A stretch of 64,000 nucleotides of DNA from Octopus bimaculoides (lineage: Eukaryota): the NCBI RefSeq assembly GCF_001194135.2, contig NC_068983.1:100083331-100147330 (forward strand), given 5' to 3'. Shown here in pieces: positions 12,604 through 24,300 of this stretch. Position 1 is the first letter of the stretch. The number at the start of each line of letters is the position of its first letter. The position numbers and the translations under genes were made by a program. Below the pieces are notes generated by a model. The model saw only the letters and a list, made by a program, of their open reading frames with translations, had not been told where the DNA came from and searched no databases.

Positions 12604-12733
12604 TATTAGAATAGCTACAGGGGAAGAGCAAAAGAAAGAAGTTCTAAGGAAGTAAAATTCTTGGGATGAAGATGTGAATGGACTAACATTCGTGATGACA
12701 CCAAGAAGTAGAGTAATATAAATAATGAATTAA

Positions 12734-12950
12734 GGCGGCGAGCTGGCAGAAACGTTAGCACGCCGGGCGACACGCTTAGCGGTATTTCGTCTGTCTTTAC
12801 GTTCTGAGTTCAAATCCTGCCGAGGTCGACTTTGCCTTTCATCCTTTCAGGGTCGATAAATTAAGTACCAGTTGCGTACTGGGGTCGATCTAATCGACTT
12901 AACCCCTCTCCCAAAATTTCGGCCCTTGTGCCTAAAGTAGAAAAGAATAT
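12734..12950 (+). mobile_element. SINE family B, full length, followed by (GA)-rich repeats to ~13125
   Basis: Near-consensus copy. Confidence 0.92.
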
Positions 12951-13063
12951 AGATAAAGAATTCAGAAGAGAGAGAGAGAGGGAGAGAGAGGGGTGAGAGA
13001 GAGAGAGAGACAGAGAGAGAGACAGAGAGAGAAAGAGAGAGAGAGAGAGACAGAGAGAGAGAC

Positions 13064-13096
<33 letters not shown>

Positions 13097-14039
13097 ATGA
13101 GAGAGAGAGAATGAGAGAGAGAGGTGAAAGAGACGTTGAGAAAATCGTTTCGCAACTAGATGGATCCGTGTTCGATTCCACTACTCTGCATCTTGGCTCG
13201 TATCAACTACTATAGTTTATGAATGGGATTCGAAAGACAGATACTGTGATACTGTGCAGACACCTGTCGTGCATATATGTGTGCGATATATGTGTGTATG
13301 TATGTATATATATGCTTGTGTATGTGCGTGTGTGAGTGTTTATGTTTAAAATTCGGTGTTGTTTATGTTATGCCCCTTTATACACCCACAAAACTGTTTG
13401 CCTCGGTATGTCTTCGGTAGACTTAACAATGAAACTAACATTAATAGAAACGCGTGGCCATCACGTCACATCCCATTTTGAAGGTCATGTTTCTGCAATT
13501 CGAGAGCAGGAGATATCTACAAAGTACCTGATTCACAAAAGCCCTTGGATCTCTAAGATGCAACTGCAAAGGCCGAGTTTGCTACATTTCTGTAGAAGAT
13601 ATAAAACGTGTGATCAGCAGTGCTCAACAATTTCATTAAGGTTCTACCCTCTAAAGCATTGTTACAAAACAGTATAGAATGCTATCCGTAAGAAAGATTG
13701 TCATTTGATAAATAAAGAAAACATTCCTAATTTTTAGTATATATATATATATATATATATGTTTCAATAAGAAATATTGATTGGTGAAACAGTCCTATCT
13801 GCCATGCAAACATTGTAGAAAAGAAAAGTGATATACAATTATAGAAGTTAGACACTTTACCGATGTGAATACTTCTTTAAAAATCAGTGAGAAATAAACA
13901 ACTGCTTTGAAACTTATCGTTTCTGTACCAATATTATAAATACCCGTTTGAATCTATATTTATTGGTGTCCTTCATTGTACATCTCTCCTCGTTTATCAC
14001 GAGGGTTTGGTTAAAAAAAACAACAGCGATAACTGAATC

Positions 14040-14186
14040 AGTGATAGATGAATCATTACTACGCACTTTATAAATAGAAAGAATGGTAGATTCGCTGACA
14101 TCAAACCCGCGACCTACAGCAGCAGCGAAACTTCTACCGTCACGTATTTTCTTGATAATCTCAAGCTTTTCTTGATGAGAGTACAT
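14040..14186 (-). pseudogene. Pogo/CENP-B N-terminal HTH fragment
   Basis: EKLEIIKKIRDGRSFAAAVGRGFDVSESTILSIYK matches the psq/CENP-B-type HTH pattern. Confidence 0.6.
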
Positions 14187-14480
14187 TCATCTGCTTTGTT
14201 TGATAGGATCAGACGCCTTCGTGTTTTTTTTTTGNNNNNNNNNNNNNNNNNNNNNNNNNNNNNNNNNNNNNNNNNNNNNNNNNNNNNNNNNNNNNNNNNN
14301 NNNNNNNNNNNNNNNNNNNNNNNNNNNNNNNNNNNNNNNNNNNNNNNNNNNNNNNGGGGGGGGGGTTTGCTGTCATGTTGACCATTTACAAGTACGTAAA
14401 TCCGTATAAAAGAGAAGTTAAATAAATTTCAAAGAGAAACACACACACACACACACACACACATACATACATACATACAT

Positions 14481-14870
14481 TTGTTGTTGTTGTTGGCACT
14501 CCGTCGCTTACGACGTCGAGGGTTCCAGTTGATCCGATCAACGGAACAGCCTGCTCGTGAAATTAACGTACAAGTGGCTGAGCACTCCACAGACACGTGT
14601 ACCCTTAACGTAGTTCTCGGGGATATTCAGCATGACACAGTGTGACAGGGATGACCCTTTGAATTACAGGTACAACAGAAACAGGAAGAAAGAGTGAGAG
14701 AAAGTTGTGGTGAAAGAGTACAGCAGGGTTCGCCACCATCCCCTGCCGGAGCCTTGTGGAGTTTTAGGTGTTTTCGCTCAATAAACACTCACAACGCCCG
14801 GTCTGGGAATCGAAACCGCAATCCTATGACCGCGAATCCGCTGCCCTAACCACTGGGCCATTGCGTCTCC
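14481..14870 (-). mobile_element. tRNA-derived SINE family C, inserted in (ACAT)n
   Basis: Reverse complement of 22725-23101, with A- and B-box-like head and a (CAA)n tail. Confidence 0.92.
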
Positions 14871-15710
14871 ACATACATACATACATACATACATACATAC
14901 AGTTTAAAATTTAAATATAAATGTGCATGTCTAGACATGCAGCTATATGCATGAGAATACATACATAAAACAAAGCATACGAATCTTCACATGCAGTGAC
15001 TCCAGATACTGCACATATACACACATACATGCAAAAAATACCCTGTTGATGTTCAAATCCCAATGAACGAGCCTTGGGTCAAGATTAAAAACCGGCTCTT
15101 TCTCTATTGGCAAGAAATCTTGAAATAAAACTGAATAATGACATACATACATACTTACATACATATATACATACATACATACATACATACATACATACAT
15201 ACATACATACATACATACATACATACATACATACATGTGTGTGAATAACCTAAAAGTTACATTATATGTAATTGTTATGCTTCATGCAATATTAATTTAA
15301 GAAAACTCGCCACAACACTTTAGGTACTAGATCTAATTTGAGCTTGTCCATTGAGGTTGTCGAAGAAATATAGATTTCCAAACAACTGTGAGAACAATTC
15401 AGAGTTAACTTCTCGGGTATTACGTTACATACATCAACACGCAATCAGCAGCTGAATATTATGATGTCAGGCAAGAAACTGCTCTCGAAAGACTGCTTGC
15501 TTTATTATTAGATGAATGTAGTTGAGAGAAATTTTGTTTGTCTCCAATTCCACAGACTGTGGTAGCGACCTCCTTAGAAAATTAGAATATGAAGGGAAAT
15601 AGAAAAAATAAAAATAAAAATAAAAATAAAGAAATGATAAATTAAAGAAATGGAGAAAGGGACAGAGAAAGAAAGAGCGTGAGTGAGAGAGAGTGGGAAG
15701 ATAGAAAGAG

Positions 15711-15760
<50 letters not shown>

Positions 15761-15969
15761 AACGCCTTTACGTAATTGGTNNNNNNNNNNAACATGTGTT
15801 GGCAGATGATCACTTTTTTTTTTACAATAAGACTTTCGGCTTTTCTTCACCGAGAGAAAATGGTGCCGTAACTAATTTAACTAATTTTCAAGTATTTTCA
15901 GATTATTTCACTCTTATTAGTTTATTAATTTTACATTAAATGTAAAAATAAAAATGTATAGTTGCAATC

Positions 15970-16015
<46 letters not shown>

Positions 16016-16555
16016 CAACAACAAATAAATTTTAAAAAATAACATCAGGAGTCTATTACTTTTGCTAACGCTATTTCCTCTTATACGAGTATTTGTACAC
16101 ATTTATGAGCTAAAAAAGAAATAATGATAAATTAAAAGATTAAAAAAGCAGAAAAATAAGGTTCCTATCAACAGACTGAAGAATGTGAAGAAAAACAGCA
16201 AATCAAAGCAAATACACGTAAAAGTTTAAAAAATATAACAGTTATAAGTGCACAGTTTTGAAATGTGAAACTAATGGGGAAAGTAAATAGTCCGCATATA
16301 CTTCATACATGCGCAGAAGTAAATAATCTAACGAGGAACCTTATATGTGATGGTAGCTTGATCTGCTAGACATTGCAATCAAATTTCCCTCAAACACTTT
16401 AAGGTTTGAAGGACACTTTGGATAAGATGGTCCTAGATAGGCAATGTTTGAATAAAAAACAGAACGGTCTTTTGGTGAGACTGACTTGGGGCTAAACAAC
16501 GACAAGAACACGAAAGTAAAACTGTAATTACTTTCTCAAATAAATATAATCAATT

Positions 16556-16966
16556 ATAGGCGTAGGAGTGGCTGTGTGGTAAGTAGCTACCTTACCAACC
16601 ACATGGTCCCGGGTTCAGTCCCACTGCGTGGCACCTTGGGCAAGTGTCTTCTACTATATAGCCTCGGGCCGACCAAAGCCTTGTGAGTGGATTTGGTGGA
16701 CGGAAACTGAAAGAAGCCCATCGTATATATGTATATATCTATATATGTATGTGTGTATGTGTTTGTGTGTGTCTGTGTTTGTTCCCCCAACATCGCTTGA
16801 CAACCGATGCTGGTATGTTTATGTCCCCGTAACTTAGCGGTTCGGGAAAAGAGACCGATAGAATAAGTACTAGGCTTACAAAGAATAAGTCCTAGGGTCG
16901 ATTTGCTCGACTAAAGGCGGTACTCCAGCATGGCCACAGTCAAATGACTGAAACAAGTAAAGAGAG
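16556..16966 (+). mobile_element. SINE family A, full length
   Basis: TAGGCGTAGGAGTGGCTGTGTGG head, GGTTCAGTCCC B-box and GACTGAAACAAGTAAAGAG tail. Confidence 0.92.
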
Positions 16967-17910
16967 NNNNNNNNNNNNNNNNNNNNNNNNNNNNNNNNNN
17001 NNNNNNNNNNNNNNNNNNNNNNNNNNNNNNNNNNNNNNNNNNNNNNNNNNNNNNNNNNNNNNNNNNNNNNNNNNNNNNNNNNNNNNNNNNNNNNNNNNNN
17101 NNNNNNNNNNNNNNNNNNNNNNNNNNNNNNNNNNNNNNNNNNNNNNNNNNNNNNNNNNNNNNNNNNNNNNNNNNNNNNNNNNNNNNNNNNNNNNNNNNNN
17201 NNNNNNNNNNNNNNNNNNNNNNNNNNNNNNNNNNNNNNNNNNNNNNNNNNNNNNNNNNNNNNNNNNNNNNNNNNNNNNNNNNNNNNNNNNNNNNNNNNNN
17301 NNNNNNNNNNNNNNNNNNNNNNNNNNNNNNNNNNNNNNNNNNNNNNNNNNNNNNNNNNNNNNNNNNNNNNNNNNNNNNNNNNNNNNNNNNNNNNNNNNNN
17401 NNNNNNNNNNNNNNNNNNNNNNNNNNNNNNNNNNNNNNNNNNNNNNNNNNNNNNNNNNNNNNNNNNNNNNNNNNNNNNNNNNNNNNNNNNNNNNNNNNNN
17501 NNNNNNNNNNNNNNNNNNNNNNNNNNNNNNNNNNNNNNNNNNNNNNNNNNNNNNNNNNNNNNNNNNNNNNNNNNNNNNNNNNNNNNNNNNNNNNNNNNNN
17601 NNNNNNNNNNNNNNNNNNNNNNNNNNNNNNNNNNNNNNNNNNNNNNNNNNNNNNNNNNNNNNNNNNNNNNNNNNNNNNNNNNNNNNNNNNNNNNNNNNNN
17701 NNNNNNNNNNNNNNNNNNNNNNNNNNNNNNNNNNNNNNNNNNNNNNNNNNNNNNNNNNNNNNNNNNNNNNNNNNNNNNNNNNNNNNNNNNNNNNNNNNNN
17801 NNNNNNNNNNNNNNNNNNNNNNNNNNNNNNNNNNNNNNNNNNNNNNNNNNNNNNNNNNNNNNNNNNNNNNNNNNNNNNNNNNNNNNNNNNNNNNNNNNNN
17901 NNNNNNNNNN
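16967..17910. other. Largest assembly gap (others at ~10742, 11834, 14235, 15781, 20556, 31399, 35330, 43773, 45753)
   Basis: Runs of N. Confidence 1.
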
Positions 17911-18374
17911 ATATATATGTAAATATGTAATTCAAGATATAAACAATAATGAACCATAAAATAAATGTTTATCAATCAAAATGAAACAAAACTAACAGTA
18001 AGATGGAAAATAATGTTTCCGTTGTATACTTCCACTTTATTTATATTTGAAAAGTTTTCTCCTACTTAGATCAGATTCTCACTATGACACACTTCAAAAT
18101 TATATTTCAGATCATATAAACCACTTTGAATATTATTTTAGGAAGTTTAAAGTGATTTCTTTTGTGCCGTAAACTATTTACTATTCCTGTGATGCACCCT
18201 ACTCCCTTGGTTCTCTAAGCACATGCTTACTTTGCTTAATGGTTAATTATGCGCTTGTCACGCACGCTTGAGAACTGGTGTTTGTTTATGTCATTGTAGC
18301 TTAGCGGTTCGGTAAACGAGGCCAACAGAATAAATACCAGTCTATCAAGCTTAAAAAAATTAGAAACTGAGATC

Positions 18375-18841
18375 TAGCGCCACCTTAAAACATGGGCAAA
18401 CTAAGCAGTTTCCCAGTGGCCCAATTCTAATCTATATATAAGCCTAGGAGCCCAATTCTAATCTATGTATGCTGTGTCTTGTCAGTAAATAAATACTATA
18501 GGGCCCAGTGCATTGATTTGCTCAGGGACCTATAATGCTGCTAAGAGGCGCACTGAGCAGTTGTCCAGGGTGCCCAAAAGTCTAGGGGACCTATTCCAGT
18601 CTATCTATGCTGTGACTGGTTGTCAGTAAATAAATACTATAGGGCCCAGTGCATTGATTTGCTCAGGGACCTATAATGCTGCTAAGAGGCGCACTGAGCA
18701 GTTGTCCAGGGTGCCCAAAAGTCTAGGGGACCTATTCCAGTCTATCTATGCTGTGACTGGTTGTCAGTAAATAAATACTACAGGGCCCAGTGCATTGATT
18801 TGCTTGGGGGGGGAGCTATAATGTTGCTAAGAAGATCCTGC
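18375..18841. repeat. 141-bp tandem repeat made of head-to-tail MITE-like units
   Basis: GTCAGTAAATAAATACTA recurs at 18481, 18622 and 18763. The outer ends resemble degenerate CAGGGCCG.CTTAA...TTAAG.CGGCCCTG TIRs. Confidence 0.85.
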
Positions 18842-18929
18842 TGGGATCAATCTCTTCGACTAACACCACAAGGCAGTGCTTCAGTATGGACGCACTTTCC
18901 AAGTTAAAAGCTAAAGATTCTTCCTGAGT

Positions 18930-19165
18930 CGTATAGACTCATAGGGCCGGTTTCCCAGGTTCCGTAACGGATCTATTCTCCACCTGGATGGGATGCCGGT
19001 CTGTCACAGGATTACTCGTTTTTTTACCAGCTGAATGAACTGGAGCAACATGAAATGAAGTGTTCTGCTCAGGAACATAAGGCGTCACCTGCTCCAGGAA
19101 ACGAAACCACAATCTTACAGTCATGAGTCTCACACCCTAACTACCAAGCCACGCACCTCCACATG
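18930..19165 (-). mobile_element. Old SINE with conserved core (related piece at ~19900-20020)
   Basis: Shared CAGCTGA.T.GACTGGAGCAAC..GAAATG....T.TT.CTCA.G.ACA motif. Confidence 0.6.
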
Positions 19166-20249
19166 GTTGCTGTCCAATGGTTAAAGTAAGTAAAAGAGTA
19201 AAAAGGCAATAGCTAATTAACGTTAATTCAAAAGTAAATCTGCTTCAGTTTAAGCGCATGGCTTTATGAATATATCATTGGACGTCACCACAAACAGTTA
19301 TGAGTTGAAGTAGGAATTGTATACATCAGATATGCACAAAAATATCCTTTACACTGGAGATAAATACCGCCTCCATCAACCAAAATAAATAAATATGGGT
19401 AAACATTATCAATATCACATATTTAATGTATGCGTGTTGTTAAACGCTTGTAGCTGTAGTATTTCGTCTGAGAAGGTATCCTTAAAGACGTATAGTGTTA
19501 AAAAACACTTAAAGAAATCGCCCTGGAAATGGAAAAGAACGACAGATATCGATATTTCATACTTTTTTCTGTTCATCAGTGTCATATACTTGACCCACCT
19601 CCAAAACGAATCCGCAACAGCTAGCTAGAATATACGAATAGCGTAAAATCTATTTGCTGATGTGAAAAAGCGCTGCACAAGCGCAACAAAATCCAAATTT
19701 TGTGTTAGAAGCAGCTCATTTTTTATTTATTTTTTTTGCCGTCTTATATATTTAAAATAAATCATAACCGTCACTCGCAAGCAAGTATGACTTTGTAATA
19801 TGTAATTGTAATTGTTATAGTTGCCTCTCTTGTCGCGGACAGATATAGGCACTCACCCGGCCCTCCCACTCATGAACCAACAGGACATCGACGATCTGAC
19901 AGCTAGAGCGAGAGAAAGGGCTTCACCAGCATTCAGTTGGTACCCATCTCTGGCTGAGTAGAGTGGAGCAACGAGAAATGGAATCATTTACTCAAGGACA
20001 CAATGCACGCCGGTTTGGTATGTCGAGATTTTTACGGCAGGAATACCTTTGAACATGGATCTTCCCGATGAAGGCTGATGTGGGGTTAAACAAAATAAAA
20101 AAATGCCAATGGAGCACAATTACCAGTGTGGTACCTTTGATATCATCACAAACGTAATCAAACAAAACGATAAAAGCGTTTGACCACTTTGATGGCGAAA
20201 CAATAACCTAATCTTCATATTATAAGAAATTCTAAGAGACGAATTGGAA

Positions 20250-20555
20250 GAATCGTTAGCACACCGGACAAAATGCTTAGCAGCATTTCGTCCATCTTTA
20301 CTTCTGAGTTCAACTTTGCCTTTTATCCTTTCGTGGTCGATGAAATAGGTACCAGTTGAGTACAGAGGTTAATTTTATCGACTATCTCCCTCCCCAAAAG
20401 TTCAGGCTTTGAGTTTCTACTAGAAAGGATTATGAGAAGTTCTAAGCGGCGGGCTGGCAGAATCGTCACCGCACCGGACAAAATGCTTAGCGGTATTTCT
20501 TTTGGCTTTATATTCTGAGTTCATGTCGCCGAGGTCGACTTTGTCTTTCATCCTT
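20250..20555 (+). mobile_element. Two adjacent SINE family B copies, the second running into a gap
   Basis: Heads at ~20250 and ~20446. Confidence 0.8.
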
Positions 20556-21066
20556 NNNNNNNNNNNNNNNNNNNNNNNNNNNNNNNNNNNNNNNNNNNNN
20601 NNNNNNNNNNNNNNNNNNNNNNNNNNNNNNNNNNNNNNNNNNNNNNNNNNNNNNNNNNNNNNNNNNNNNNNNNNNNNNNNNNNNNNNNNNNNNNNNNNNN
20701 NNNNNNNNNNNNNNNNNNNNNNNNNNNNNNNNNNNNNNNNNNNNNNNNNNNNNNNNNNNNNNNNNNNNNNNNNNNNNNNNNNNNNNNNNNNNNNNNNNNN
20801 NNNNNNNNNNNNNNNNNNNNNNNNNNNNNNNNNNNNNNNNNNNNNNNNNNNNNNNNNNNNNNNNNNNNNNNNNNNNNNNNNNNNNNNNNNNNNNNNNNNN
20901 NNNNNNNNNNNNNNNNNNNNNNNNNNNNNNNNNNNNNNNNNNNNNNNNNNNNNNNNNNNNNNNNNNNNNNNNNNNNNNNNNNNNNNNNNNNNNNNNNNNN
21001 NNNNNNNNNNNNNNNNNNNNNNNNNNNNNNNNNNNNNNNNNNNNNNNNNNNNNNNNNNNNNNNNNN

Positions 21067-21136
<70 letters not shown>

Positions 21137-21409
21137 CTTTTATATCAAACATATGACCTCTTTCGGTTCTTTTATCTAAAGAGAGCAATAAATGTCTTCT
21201 CGAATAAAACTCGTATAAAATTCCATAGTAGTCCTCTTTACCAAAATATAAATGCCTTCGTGAAACGTATCTGAGAAAACAATTATAGAACCATAAACCA
21301 TCTTTCCTAGTTTTCAGTCGTATCGGTCACCAGAGAATATTTCTTGGGAAACGGCGTGCCATATTTCCTGATTTTTAAACTGCTCCAAATGAAATGCTAT
21401 TCCCAAATT

Positions 21410-21466
<57 letters not shown>

Positions 21467-21690
21467 TTGTCTATCTGTCTGTCTATTTGTCTATCTGTCC
21501 GTCCGTCCGTCCATCCACCCACCTATCCATCCATCCATCCATCCATCCATCCATCCATCCATCCATCCATCTATGTGTGTGTGTGTGTGGGTATGTATAT
21601 ATGTTCGTATACATGTATGTATGTATGTATGTATGTATGTATGTATGTATGTATGTAGGTAGGTATATATATATATATATATATATATCA
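21410..21690. repeat. Compound (CTAT)n(CCAT)n(GT)n(GTAT)n(TA)n microsatellite
   Basis: Direct reading. Confidence 0.95.
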
Positions 21691-22176
21691 AATCGATGTG
21701 TTATAAAACTATTCCGCGCATACAATAACAGTCATACCAAAGATCCAACATACTCCCATCATCAACTGCCCCACGGATGTTACTGTGGTTTCGACACCTG
21801 GGAAGTACCATTCAATCCAGCGGTGTCAACAACACATATAGCTATTAATAATAACATGTACATATTGGCTTGGGAAACCTTTTTGGATAGAAAAGCCCTG
21901 TCACGTCTACAGGAGTTGTGGGTTCCAGTCCCACAAGCAGCCTTCGACTTTTTCTACAGTTCTATATGCCTCCGAGATCCACTGTTCCAATACATATATA
22001 AAGCAGGTCAGCCGGTTCGTCAAACACTTGAAAAGAATAAAATTAGAGCGATATATATATACACACACACACACACACATCTATGTATGTATGTAAAGCA
22101 GGTCAGCCGGCTCGTCAAAAATTTAAAAGAATAATAGAATTAAATAAATTTAGATACACACGCACGCACACACACG

Positions 22177-22216
<40 letters not shown>

Positions 22217-22724
22217 AGTTAAGTTAGATAAGATTCACATCCAGCACAGCAACCTCAGTTGTATGTATTGAAGCTGTTTAACTTCAGATCGTTGGATTTC
22301 TCAATTACTTTCAATTCCATCTATTTTCTAAGTAACTCATGTCATGACACCGTCGTGCAGAAATAAAGGAATTTTTAATAGTTTCAGTAAACAGCTGTCT
22401 TAGTCAAAGTGAAAGTAACCTATTTGTCTAGTTAAATACAAGTACTTGAGATCCGGGGTAAAGTTTACTGATAAACAGTCTTCAAAACTAAATATACACA
22501 TCTGAACTATACAGATACACAAAGAGCTCGCGTGCGAAGGAGTACGAACGCAAATACATTTACACTTATGGATAGTATACATAAATGTATGAGTAAACAT
22601 GTATCACATACACACATAAACACGTTTATTTGCATACACGTAAGAACATGCATGCGAGAGTGTGCGCGCGCATGTGGGTGTGTAAATATAAACGCATATA
22701 TACTAATACATATATTACGAATCG

Positions 22725-23101
22725 GGGGTGCAATGGCCCAGTGGTTAGGACAGCGGACTCGCGGTCATAGGATCGCGGTATCGATTCCCAGACCGGACGT
22801 TGTGAGTGTTTATTGAGCGAAAACATCTAAAGCTCCACGAGGCTTCGGCAGGGGATGGTGGCGAACCCTGCTGTACTCTTTCACCACAACTTTCTCTCAC
22901 TCTTACTTCCTGTTTCTGTTGTACCTGTAATTCAAAGGGTCAGCCTTGTCACACTGTGTCACGCTGAATATCCCCGAGAACTACGTTAATGGTACACGTG
23001 TCTGTGGAGTGCTCAGCCACTTGCACGTTAATTTCACGAGCAGGCTGTTCCGTGAAACTGGAACCCTCGACGTCGTAAGCGACGGAGTGCCAACAACACA
23101 C
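22725..23101 (+). mobile_element. SINE family C, full length, with a 13-bp TSD
   Basis: ATATTACGAATCG at 22712-22724 and 23102-23114; head TGGCCCAGTGGTTAGG...GGTATCGATTCCC. Confidence 0.95.
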
Positions 23102-23685
23102 ATATTACGAATCGTTTGTCTGAACGGACATAATCATAATCAAATCCCGCCTCTACACTAATATCTATGAACTTCAGTGAAAACTTCATCTCACCCACTA
23201 TCATCTATTAACAGAAACAAACCACAAATCTTATTCTTCCAGAAATACTTCACCCTGTCTCTCTAAACCGTTTCTATTGACCAGGCTATCTGCCACATTC
23301 AAACTTTCTGAAAGATGTTATATGCGCTTACAGAAATACTATTTTTCATCCATCCATCTAAGCTTATACCAGCAACAAAGACTTCTAGTTGTTTGGGCTC
23401 AATGTTTCTTTTCCTCGTCTCTCTTAAGAGTATCTGTTGTCTCTGTCACTCTCTGAACTCCAAATCATACTTCACTGTTTTAGAACGAAATGAAGCACTA
23501 GATAACGTAGTCCGAGAGGAATAAAATCAGACGGTAACAGCTCGAACATCTTTTGTTCATAAGTCTACTCGATTTGGGCTGATCTGGAGCTAAACAGCTT
23601 CAATACATACAATTCCTTACAAGCATCTTACTCTTCACTCACCGACGTCACTAGCATAGAGGCTGATGCATTCACTGTTCTTAAC

Positions 23686-23881
23686 TACGAAGAATGCTGA
23701 AAAGTTCCTGGCTTCAAGGGAATCGCGAAAGGCCCTGCTGGAGGCTCAACATTCCGAGTTCTTTAACAGGGCTTAGAAAACTGAAGGACCGCTGCGATAA
23801 ATGTGTGAACCTGAGGGGGGAATACGTTGAATAAAACCATAATTAACTGATGCTCCTGTATTTTCTCAGTATCCCTTCGTA
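23686..23881 (+). mobile_element. Mariner-derived MITE retaining the transposase C-terminus
   Basis: TACGAAG...CTTCGTA ends; internal frame GLRKLKDRCDKCVNLRGEYVE* is typical of mariner C-termini. Confidence 0.8.
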
Positions 23882-23889
23882 CTTCAATC

Positions 23890-24300
23890 AGTAAATACCT
23901 CAACTGCTTGTTTTCACGACAAACCAACTTTCTTTGTTATCACTAAATCTAATTTTATTCTTAACGACCACCTGTCTGATTTCCGTAGCCAGATCTACTG
24001 GTTACATACTCTCCCCTTATAAACTATCAATGGAACCTTGCCTTGGTGAAATTTGGTGAAAGCAATGTTGTCGTACTCGACATAAATAAAACTTTCGGCT
24101 ATGACTGATATGCGAATCTCCTATCAAAACCTCGTGCCTGTGAACTCCACTCGCCTCGTTTTTGGATCGATAGTTTCCTTACATTATCGCTGTGTATCGA
24201 CGGACCTCTTTCTGTTTTATATTCCATCAAATCTGACGTGCATCAGAGTCCAATTTTGTCCCAAACTCTCTCCTTTTTTTTATATATCAGTGACTTGCTG
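23890..24300 (+). pseudogene. LINE reverse-transcriptase remnant (CR1/Jockey-like)
   Basis: WNLALVKFGESNVVVLDINKTFG...LLSK...FWIDSFLT...IDGPLS..YSIKSDVHQSPILSQTL correspond to decayed RT motifs LDISKAFD and GVPQGSVLSP. Confidence 0.7.

Noticed and set aside
16911-17975. Long ORFs spanning N-runs (also 20502-21188, 35085-36755, 45706-46144)
   Set aside because: They are artefacts of assembly gaps and adjacent simple repeats.
18479-18801. Possible CRISPR-like array
   Set aside because: The units are identical 141-bp tandem copies without unique spacers, no cas genes are present, and the context is eukaryotic.
21690-22060. About 120-codon open frame in non-repetitive-looking sequence (within ORF 21394..22134)
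   Set aside because: It begins in a microsatellite, has no recognisable domain and has no splice signals I can support.
22725-22800. tRNA genes at SINE heads (also 16556, 48247)
   Set aside because: A- and B-box-like motifs continue into SINE bodies and do not form complete cloverleaves.
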